From positions 6,192 through 70,191 of the IMG/VR virus record IMGVR_UViG_3300035002_000022: a DNA stretch of 64,000 nucleotides; one strand, written 5' to 3'. Both the position numbers and the translations under genes were made by a program. Origin of the DNA: a virus. Below, one piece after another: positions 26,601-34,300 of the stretch (the stretch's first letter is position 1; the number at the start of each line of letters is the position of its first letter). Below the pieces are notes generated by a model. The model made no database searches. It was not told where the DNA came from and saw only the letters and a program-made list of their open reading frames with translations.

Positions 26601-27320
26601 CGTCACTGTTAGCAACGGCGTAGCATTGACATCAGCACGATAGTCTACAGCGGTGAGATTGCCAGCAGGCGATCGCTTCTGCACCAGCGAGTAAAACCGG
26701 GCATAGGCAACCTCTCCTGCAACCGCTAAATAGCTGCCACTGTCATTAGAAACAGGGTAATAGAAAGGATAGTTTTCGATTGAGCCTTCCCATGTGCCCT
26801 GTACGCCTGCTTTTACTAGTAGCTTACGGACTACTTCACCAGGGCTTTGCACAATGCCAACATTGCTGAGAGTTGGATCTTCAGGGTCACACGCTAGCAA
26901 AGGGTTAGGGTTGGGTGCTGCATAATCTTTTAGCTTCAACCAGCAACCAACTTCTAGCGTAATGCGTGCATCTTGGGGTTGCGGTGATTTTGGCGGTAAA
27001 GGCTCCTTAAGGATGAAGAGTTCACTGAAGCGATGGTCAATCCATGCCCCGCTGCTATTTAAGACCTGTACACGAAAAAACTGCCCGCGACTCCATAAAG
27101 CACGGGGAATGATGCCGCCCCCAATGTCATAGTTAAGCCTGGGGTTAAGCAGCGCTACATTGTTGTCTAATGCTGTCAATACTAATGTGCCGCTGATTTT
27201 GGCTAAGCCACCGCGATCGCGCTTGTCAAAGCCTGCTGCTAAGGTGACAAAGGCTTCATCAAACAGGATCTCATCCGGTCCTACTAAGATTCTAGTTTTA
27301 ACAGCAGTAGCGTTTACCAT
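23607..27320 (-). CDS. tail hub/receptor-binding protein with two C-terminal LamG (concanavalin-like) domains
   Basis: Follows a Dit-like gene; GAWKLDNSLND..IDCVTMWNRVLSSAEI and AYWNL..MRYTGFF LamG patterns. Confidence 0.7.
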   Translation of the reverse strand: MVNATAVKTRILVGPDEILFDEAFVTLAAGFDKRDRGGLAKISGTLVLTALDNNVALLNPRLNYDIGGGIIPRALWSRGQFFRVQVLNSSGAWIDHRFSELFILKEPLPPKSPQPQDARITLEVGCWLKLKDYAAPNPNPLLACDPEDPTLSNVGIVQSPGEVVRKLLVKAGVQGTWEGSIENYPFYYPVSNDSGSYLAVAGEVAYARFYSLVQKRSPAGNLTAVDYRADVNATPLLTVTIGEDEAEYMPVAGQETPCEEIRVQGSTYDITDTWQDTTVCKITYAPGSNLVTRITCTRDAQDATQILHEVEELEPRGLLAPDDSPGDDSLIFSRRTTNIKTYEVNVCGNGKLLQDETTIVRPFRVAASEFWSGLSTAQKANYAAFSPSIDTRTITYYHYTPKEVVDEIESRTSRMLASVLPDVNPLTAGVIFQVPAASEIQTYREIRPGQWEYTQAPAAPLIDVFPDAVPDTATVSEKIRLTTTNPISTVSGSGQNNPPAAERRPQRYGRNERQLDGVALFGSFAGSNQQDRRRFISIPWMISNEQASAIAQEIGEDLVGRRQGAQILLGLTDEWLTNENPYPVIHVREPRFVFSSGVWSKVYDTIVYQVDGLSFSHDRTRATVGCELIWLATIPANATVPVLPYVPTVMRSGVAPVLQLSSISGSFGSLISRSGVAPIIRLFAPSGKAATTITRSGVAPVLRLSALSGSGVGVIGGSSLATGAIGAWKLDNSLNDAISTNNWICRYFDQNAGSLQTATPTYVTGYNGQAFTSSDTAGSGVYGSFLQISIATGTALRIDDKSFTQAFVFRPQSSSYTYIPLCYYNTSSGATQMQVVFNGTKITFQYASTTGNGDVALFDSAQDVGLETSESYSINKTYLVVIWNNPTGTAGLAVRNLTDSVNFTTVTATGKPLIVRTGGSNRFLLNQPNSGFFAGTWIDCVTMWNRVLSSAEITSLVSNPQYPFDALPVVRSGVAPVLRLSALSGSRNASVARSGVAPVLRLNATPATLAASVPSAGSPSAYWNLTSNGNAVVGTPNLDAGAGATFTSGDYVTLSGGSNSTLTGADTADISVGNAAFTWCTWAYLNSTTAYFILQKGFVPGTNYSNAIFEYVLYFDGSRFVYVLYNIATGAPTSQTVLASNFSGATSSTFYFLTIYYKPGSPNEIGISVNAGAFNKATTTIQHGDTAQNLTLGYRSEDGANLWGRMRYTGFFKDLPTSEGGNVDLSYYYNSGAGRAL
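24318..25370 (-). repeat. five 27-bp RSGVAPVLR repeats (66-bp period) interrupted by a LamG domain
   Basis: Copies at 25344, 25278, 25212, 24384, 24318. Confidence 0.85.
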
Positions 27321-27826
27321 TACGCAGGCACGACCTTATACTCTTCAAACGCTAAGTCAATGATGACTTTCCCACCTTCCTGTGCAAAAGTAGGTTGCTT
27401 AGAGAACCACACATCAAACTGTGCGAAATACTCAGTTAGTCCATAAGTATTTGTGGTCACAGTATTAAAGGGAGACGGCGCTACAGCACGGGTACGGGTG
27501 CCCAGTTCATTAAAGCTTTGATACGCATCAATGAGCCTGATTTGTGCTGCCTGTTTTTTCACAAACAAATCGTTGTGAATGTCATACATTGCTTGCACAA
27601 CGGGCTGAAGCGCGATCGGTGCTAATACTTTCAACGTCCACACATGAGGTTCTGGCAGGAAACCGCCATATTTCACAGGGGTATTGTAGGCACTGCGTTC
27701 AATCCCCGGCGCTTCTGCCCTCACCCGTGGGAAGCTGTCCTGTTTCGCAAAAATAACTTCCCCAGATCCGGCGTAAATTGGCATGGTGATGCCTGCAATA
27801 CTAAATGATATGTAATTGATCGCCAT
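27320..27826 (-). CDS. distal tail (Dit/gpM-like) protein
   Basis: 168 aa; ERSAYNTPVKYG..PHVWTL; lies between the tape measure region and the hub; TAATG coupling. Confidence 0.55.
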   Translation of the reverse strand: MAINYISFSIAGITMPIYAGSGEVIFAKQDSFPRVRAEAPGIERSAYNTPVKYGGFLPEPHVWTLKVLAPIALQPVVQAMYDIHNDLFVKKQAAQIRLIDAYQSFNELGTRTRAVAPSPFNTVTTNTYGLTEYFAQFDVWFSKQPTFAQEGGKVIIDLAFEEYKVVPA

Positions 27827-27926
27827 TAGATATTCGCGTTAACAGGCAGTTTGGAACAAAACTCAGTATGAGTCTATTATGCCCTTCGATCCTGAAACTG
27901 CTTGCTCTGCTTACGATTAGCAAAAT

Positions 27927-27951
27927 GCCCGTAGATCATTGATCTACGGGC
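27927..27951. terminator. hairpin terminator of cassette B
   Basis: GCCCGTAGATC-att-GATCTACGGGC; similar stem to 22988-23017. Confidence 0.65.
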
Positions 27952-27976
27952 TAAAGGCTTCTCAACAAAACCAATC

Positions 27977-28471
27977 CTAGCAGCCGCACCGACTCAGCGA
28001 ATCCTCAAAAATCAGCGTGTCATCTTCACTGACAGAAACAGCTTCCAACGGTGTGCATCCGAAGGAAAAGCTTAAGTCATAGCGCCATCCGGTCTGTGAG
28101 TCCTGCCGTAGTGATTCATAGGGATTTTCATACGCCATCCCCACGATCGTACCCTTGTACTTGCCATAATATGCCTCCTCAAACAATTGGAATTTAGGGG
28201 TAGGCACAGAAGTAGGGATGGCAATAATCAAGCGCTCCATGACACCTCCTTTATCCAATGGGAAAACTCTGCTCTCGTGCAGCACATCGCTGATCTGATG
28301 CGGCTTGTAGAAATCAATGTGGTAATTGAAGCCTGGATCAAGCCGACAATCATCCGTTTTAGTTGTGTAGGTGAAAGCGGCAATGATGCCACACTCACCC
28401 GATGATGATTGGATGTGCTGCCCTTCTTCGTATTTGGGTTGTGGGAATTGGTAAAGGTTAGTCTGATTCAC
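27977..28471 (-). CDS. two-repeat beta-barrel protein, cassette B gene 3
   Basis: Aligns to repeats 2-3 of 22199..22963. Confidence 0.75.
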   Translation of the reverse strand: MNQTNLYQFPQPKYEEGQHIQSSSGECGIIAAFTYTTKTDDCRLDPGFNYHIDFYKPHQISDVLHESRVFPLDKGGVMERLIIAIPTSVPTPKFQLFEEAYYGKYKGTIVGMAYENPYESLRQDSQTGWRYDLSFSFGCTPLEAVSVSEDDTLIFEDSLSRCGC

Positions 28472-28742
28472 GTACCATCTCCTCTAAATCAGCCAAATGG
28501 ACGTTGACCCAGTGTTGCGCCATTACTAAGGCAGCTTCAGCAGAGCAGTACGTTTCGCCGTACATATCCTCGTGCCGATCGCCATCGGGATCGAACACCA
28601 CAAAAGCGAAACGACCATCAGGCGTGACGGTAGGGACGATTAGCCAATCCTGATAAGTCTCAGCGTGGCTATAGAGCAGGCGTTGCGTCAGGTTGAAACC
28701 AAAGCGGGTGATTTCGGATAAGTCTTCGTAAAGTAAGTGCAT
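28458..28742 (-). CDS. hypothetical protein, cassette B gene 2
   Basis: Paralogue of 21928..22212; same 14-bp overlap with the next gene. Confidence 0.8.
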   Translation of the reverse strand: MHLLYEDLSEITRFGFNLTQRLLYSHAETYQDWLIVPTVTPDGRFAFVVFDPDGDRHEDMYGETYCSAEAALVMAQHWVNVHLADLEEMVRESD

Positions 28743-28813
28743 CGTTCTAAGTCCTTCTAAAAGTGCAGTGGGTAAGGAAGGGGCTAGGTGCCCCTGTTGC
28801 AGCAGGTAGAGGA
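28743..28813 (-). ncRNA. structured intergenic RNA motif, copy B
   Basis: TCCTCTA/TAGAAGGA, TGCA/TGCA, inner AGGGGC/GCCCCT. Confidence 0.6.
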
Positions 28814-29044
28814 TTAGAACCGTGCAGCGTGACCTCTGCGCCAGCCATTCATGTAGTCAGCGTTGCTGTAAAGCGAACCACGTAAACCCAGGTTGTTAAA
28901 CCCATCGCGAAAGCCAGCACTTTCCATTTCATCAGGCGATATCTGACGGGCACGGACAAGAGCAAGATTAAGACTCGGATCAGAGGAGCCGTAGAGAATG
29001 GTTGCGGTTTCTACGGTCTTGGAAGGGGTGATTGCTTGAGGCAT
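28814..29044 (-). CDS. hypothetical protein, cassette B gene 1
   Basis: 76 aa; not visibly similar to cassette A gene 1. Confidence 0.55.
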   Translation of the reverse strand: MPQAITPSKTVETATILYGSSDPSLNLALVRARQISPDEMESAGFRDGFNNLGLRGSLYSNADYMNGWRRGHAARF

Positions 29045-29121
29045 AATAATGAAGTCTGCTAATAAGTGGACTGAGTGGGAGGGCGGTTAACTTTGGTCGG
29101 TGAGCCGCCTTTCCTTTGTCC

Positions 29122-29150
29122 ACTATATCTATTTCTATGCAGATAGTCAA
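29122..29150 (-). promoter_or_regulatory. sigma70-type promoter of cassette B
   Basis: TTGACT-17 bp-TATAGT. Confidence 0.65.
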
Positions 29151-29247
29151 CTATTTATAAATGGGTATATGCTTAATTACATAAGGGTTCAAAACCTTTG
29201 TATCAACCTGTTAACTGGAGGTGTGTAGAAAGATGAGAGTCATTTTC

Positions 29248-29520
29248 ATGCGAAAAGAGATCCTTCAGGATCGACTAAAGCAATTAGGGTGGACGCGGTA
29301 TCGTCTCACTCAAGAATATTGCCGTGTCCGTGGTGAGCCTACTACGGCAGACTCTGTAAAGCGCTATGAGGGGACTGTTAAAAGAGCGCTAGAAAATCCT
29401 AACCGCTCAAGCACTGAAGTTATTGAGGCGTTGGTTAAAGCGCTCGACGGTGAGCAAGTAATTAAGTGGAACAATCGGGAAGAGATTGTCACTGGTCAGG
29501 AAGAGGTCAAAGTTGGCTAA
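29248..29520 (+). CDS. HTH-like regulator divergent from cassette B
   Basis: LQDRLKQLGWTRYRLTQEY...STEVIEALVKALDG resembles XRE. Confidence 0.6.
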   Translation: MRKEILQDRLKQLGWTRYRLTQEYCRVRGEPTTADSVKRYEGTVKRALENPNRSSTEVIEALVKALDGEQVIKWNNREEIVTGQEEVKVG

Positions 29521-29594
29521 TAAACACCCTAGTATTTAGGGTGTTAAACCAAAAATAAAGACTAATAGATTAATAAAATTCAACCAGCGGTAAA

Positions 29595-30548
29595 ATGACT
29601 GACTTTGACACGGCTAAATTCTTTGTGGGAGATCTATGCCCTCACAATCATTTTTGGCAAGGTGAACCGCGATCGTTGCGTTACACAAAAGATCGTGGCT
29701 GCGTTGAGTGCAAGAAAGCTTATCACCAGCGCAACAAAGAACGCATCCTAGCCAAAAAGTCTGAATACCACAGAGAAAACATTGATAGCAGGAAGGCTTA
29801 CAATAAGCAATACATTGACAAGAACCTAGAGAGGATAAAGGCTCAACAAAAAGAGTATCGTTTAGCGAACAAAGATAAAATTACAGCTAGAAGCATTGAA
29901 TACAGGAGAAAAAATAGAGAAAGAAAGCTTGAATACATGCGTCGATATTACGCATTGAACAAAGACAGAATAAATGAATACAGCAGAGCGTATCATCATC
30001 GAAACGCTGACAGAAACAACGCCTATAAAAAAGCTTGGCATAGAGCAAATAGGCAGCATGTTTTAGATCAGAAAAAACTGGATCGAAAGCTGAATCCACA
30101 GAAGTATAAAGAAAAAGACCGGGAAAGGTATTCCAAGCACAGAGAGACTTGTCTAGCTAGAAATAAAGCTTATCGGCAGACAGAAAGGGGAAGACTGGTA
30201 CGAAGGCAACTTGAAAGAAAGAGAGAGGCGGTCAAGAAGGGCAACCATAGCGCCAAATACATCCCTGAACAACTATTGTCGCTTCGTCAAGAGTTCGGCA
30301 ATTTATGCGCTTATTGTCAATCGGGCGGAGCCAAAACTATGGATCACTTCATACCAGTCAGCAAGGGCGGATCTGATGTTTTAAGCAATTTACTCCCTTG
30401 TTGCTGGTCGTGCAACAGCAGCAAGCAGGATAAAGACCCAAAAGAATGGTATTTTAGTCAGTCGTTTTCTCAGAAAAAGCGGTGGGCTAAAATTCTAAAA
30501 GTGCTAGGAAAGACGGATAGCAACTACTTGGTACTGCCTTTGTTGTGA
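29595..30548 (+). CDS. HNH endonuclease with a basic repetitive helical region
   Basis: CAYC..TMDHFIPVSKGGSDVLSNLLPCCWSCNSSK. Confidence 0.9.
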   Translation: MTDFDTAKFFVGDLCPHNHFWQGEPRSLRYTKDRGCVECKKAYHQRNKERILAKKSEYHRENIDSRKAYNKQYIDKNLERIKAQQKEYRLANKDKITARSIEYRRKNRERKLEYMRRYYALNKDRINEYSRAYHHRNADRNNAYKKAWHRANRQHVLDQKKLDRKLNPQKYKEKDRERYSKHRETCLARNKAYRQTERGRLVRRQLERKREAVKKGNHSAKYIPEQLLSLRQEFGNLCAYCQSGGAKTMDHFIPVSKGGSDVLSNLLPCCWSCNSSKQDKDPKEWYFSQSFSQKKRWAKILKVLGKTDSNYLVLPLL

Positions 30549-30582
30549 CTTGTAAATAGCATGGTAGATGATTTCTCTAGCG

Positions 30583-31230
30583 CTATTTCTTGGTGTAGTA
30601 CATTGCCGCAAAGACAACCCCTAAAATGATTAGAATTATTCCTGCTGGAGGGAACACAAGAAGCATTAAAACGCCAAGCCCACCAAAGATAAATCCCATC
30701 CGGTTGTACTGATCTGCCTGTTGGGTGGATCCCTGTTTTTTGAGGTCTGAACTAAGTTCTGCCAAGTCTTTGACATACATCCATTGATCAAGGGTTGGGT
30801 TATAAATATAGTCGCTTGGCTTAACACTGCCATCCCTAAGCCATTGTCGCAGCGTTTCAATGTCAGGCACTTCTATTTCTTTATCGCTCTGCTTGACCCT
30901 GAAAACCTTTAGCTGGCTCACTTCTGAGACTTGTATCCGCGCTAACTCCACCCGATCGCTCCACGCTGGCACATCCTCACCCGTTAGCTTGCCGTAGACA
31001 ACAAGACTACTTACGTTTGCTACTCCTAACCCTTGCACTCCTTTGACAATAAAAGGGACGATCGCTCTCTGCTCAGGCACCGTCGCTCCTTCAACCATGA
31101 CGTGCAAATAGCCATCGGCAAGTCTAACTTTAGCGACGAGTTGTTGGGGCTTGAGCGATCGGTTAATCAATGCTGCTATAGCTTGCGGGTTGCCTTGTCT
31201 GGCAGCAGTTAGCACTTCCTGTGGGGTCAT
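30583..31230 (-). CDS. membrane protein: cyanobacterial N-domain + GYF_2-like domain + C-terminal TMs
   Basis: ARQGNPQAIAALINRSL..; LRQWLRDGSVKPSDYIY..QW; hydrophobic end. Confidence 0.65.
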   Translation of the reverse strand: MTPQEVLTAARQGNPQAIAALINRSLKPQQLVAKVRLADGYLHVMVEGATVPEQRAIVPFIVKGVQGLGVANVSSLVVYGKLTGEDVPAWSDRVELARIQVSEVSQLKVFRVKQSDKEIEVPDIETLRQWLRDGSVKPSDYIYNPTLDQWMYVKDLAELSSDLKKQGSTQQADQYNRMGFIFGGLGVLMLLVFPPAGIILIILGVVFAAMYYTKK

Positions 31231-31356
31231 AACTAAGTTTGTGGAGGATGTTTAAACCATTCCTCTACCTTAGAGAAAATCCGCACGAGGACAATAAAGA
31301 TTTTGCAAAGGTAGCATTAGAGGTTAACAACAATGCCGCTAACCTCTGGAAGTACG

Positions 31357-34300
31357 TCAAATGTTGGCATTGGAAACTTGTTGGGCAGAAATGTCTGAGT
31401 AAATCTTGGCTGCATCATTCACGGGTGACGGACTAGAAACTGTGAGATTCGGTCTACCCATTGCTGAACTGATGACATTAATTAACTGATCGAGCTTGCT
31501 AGAGACATCACCGCCTCCAGAACCACCCACAGCACCGCCGCCGAGTGATGGTATAGGTTTGTCTGCCAGTCCGCTGCTACCCAGTGGTGGCGCGTTGTTC
31601 ATGCCTGCACCAATGACAGTTGGACGGAATGATGTATCAGCGATCCCATTGCCAGCGATCGCGGGTCTAATAGCCGTATCAAGTTGACCGTTGCCTGCGA
31701 TCGTCGGTCTGATCGCGGTGTCTGCCATGCCGTTACCGGAAATCGTCGGTCTAATGGCAGTATCGATCGCGGCGTTGCTCATCTCTTGAGCAGGTTTCTT
31801 GATGCCCGACGCTGTGACTCCAATCAGCGTGATGAGAGCGCCTAGCCCTGCCAGTAACTGACCAATCCCGTCCGCTGAGCCACTACCGGACGGTGCAAAC
31901 GCTTCAGCCCCACGTTCGCCCACTAAGTACGGCTGCCCAGCGTTGACGGGTCCACCTGTGGCGCGGGCTTGAATTGCCTGCTTTGCCCCTTGCATATTCT
32001 GTCCGCTCAGTATCGTGGCAGTCTTAGAAGCGTCGATAATCTCGCCTGACACTTTTGGAATAAAGAGTTCCTGACCTTTTTCACCAACGACATAGGGTTT
32101 GCCTGCCTGAACGTCGCCGCCTTTGGCGCGACCGGGAATACTACCTTGCATTCCTGATTTGATAAGCTGCTCAATGAATGAAACGTCATTATTAGCGCGT
32201 CGATTCTGATCTTGCCCTTCAAATTGTTCTCTTGCCGTCTCTTGGTTTAACGCCAGAACTTGACGGCTATTTTGCGCCATTTCTTTTTGATTTGCCAAGC
32301 CTTCCAGCGCTGTCTGAATTTGAATGTCAGCCACCTTAGACATATTGTTGGCGATCGCAAGCGACATTTGAGCGATCGCCATCCCCTCTTTATCACCTGA
32401 CTTGATCGCTGTGGAATAGTCTTTAACTGCTTGGAGCTTGGCACGATCGGCATCGAGTTTATATCGCTGCCCCTCAATCACCAGTAACTTTGCTGCTATT
32501 TCTTGCTTGCGGATATCAAACTCAAGCGATTTTTTAGAAAGCTCAGCCTCTTTCTCGCGGGCACCTCTTTGCTTATCAGCAATGCTGTCTTCAATCTTCT
32601 GCCGAGCCAGTAGAATTTCGTAGGATTTTGAGTTGGCATTAACGCCACTAGCGCCAGACTCGTTTAACTGCTTGCCGATCAGTGCTTTTAGGCGCGGATC
32701 CATCTTCGGATCGCTTTCCACTCGATCTTGCAAACCGACGAGTCGATCGATTTTGTTTAGCTGCGTCGTGTCACGGGCGATCGCTAAGTCAGATTGAGCC
32801 TTTGCTAACGCCCCCTGACTCTCAAGTAATTGCTTGGAGCGATCGAGCTGATCCGTCTCTAATTTGGCAACAGCTTCCAGTGACTTGATACGTGAGTCTC
32901 GTAACTGCTGCTGCATCTGCACCTGACGCTGTGCTTGAGCCAGTTGAATATCGGCTGTTTCTTTATTTAGCCTTTGCTCTTCTAGAATGCCTTCTTTCCG
33001 TGACCTGCTACCCTCTGCCACTAACGCTTTGTTGTCCTCTATGGCTTTGCGGTTGAGCGCTAGAGTCGCTACAGAAGTGCCCTGCTCAATCAGTGTTTGC
33101 GATCGCCCTGCTTGAGCTTGAGAGAATTCGCCAGCGTCGGGGCTGTTAAGGAGATTACCTTGTAAAGCCGTAGTTTGCTGAGTTTGAGCGAGGGCGATCG
33201 CGGCGGCAGCGCTTTGATTGAGAAAATTAATCTGCTCAATCTTTTGCCTGGTCGTTGCTTCAATTTTCTTCGCGTATGATTCCTCAAGCGATGCCGCTGC
33301 CTCTGTCCCTCTTGCTCTTGCTTCAGTAAGCTTGTCCCCTAGTGCTAGTTCATCATCATGAAACTTTTTAGCGTTGATGCGGCGCTCCTGGTAAAGCTGC
33401 TTATTGCGCTGCATCTCTCGCTCAACGTTGACAATGGCTTGACCCGCAAGGTCTTTTTGAGTTTTAGCTTGACTGATGCCCAAATCTGCATCGGCTACAC
33501 CCGCTTCGGCATCGCTAAAGAAAACATTCTTCGCCTTCTGCATAGTCAGCTTTGCCCTTTGGGTGGCAAAATCCGCATTAGCCAGCGCTTGCCGTCTACT
33601 CAATGCGCTAGCTTCAGCCGCAGTGACTTTCTGAATCTGCTCAATGCGCTTGCGGTTAATGGCTTCAATACGTTTGCCCTTGGCTTCCTCGATTTGGGCT
33701 TCGGCTTCAGCACTTTTCGCCCTCGCCTGTGCCACCTGAGTAATTAAGTCACGCTCCTGATTCTTGAAGTCAATCTGATCAATTTTCCCTGCCTTGTAGT
33801 CTTCACGTAGTCGGCTCAAGGCAGCGCCAGAGTTAGCCAGCCCAGCCCCTGCACTTTGTTGTTGTGATTGGGCTTGGCTCAGTCCTAAATCTGCTTCTGC
33901 TACGCCTGCATCAGCGTCAGAGTAATATTGATTGCGCGATTTTTTAACGTTGATTGCTGACTGGTCTTTTCTCAGTTGAGTATTCCGGGTTAACTCAACC
34001 CGCGTAGCATAGGCAGCATCATTTGCATCTGATCTCTGTCTGAGATTAGCGGCTAACTGTCGTTCGGTTTGCTGCTGCTGTAGTTTGGACTGGTCAACCT
34101 GTAGTTGCTGTGCTGGTAACTGGTCTTGTAGATCTTTGAACTCTGCTGTAGACTCGATAGCTTTTTTAAGCTGTGGATTAGACGCTTGCCCTGCTTTCAG
34201 CTTTAATTCTGCTGCGCCCGCATTCGGATCAATACCAGCAGCTTTGAGCGTACTTGTAGCATCGATCGATTGCAAATACTGTTGTTTCTTCGCAAGCTCA

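Noticed and set aside
23607-27320. Diversity-generating retroelement targeting the tail tip
   Set aside because: No reverse transcriptase and no TR/VR pair differing only at adenines in the window
21855-28813. Site-specific invertible (shufflon/Gin-type) segment between cassettes A and B
   Set aside because: The copies are diverged (62 percent protein identity), with no identical crossover sites and no invertase; inversion by homologous recombination stays only a remote possibility
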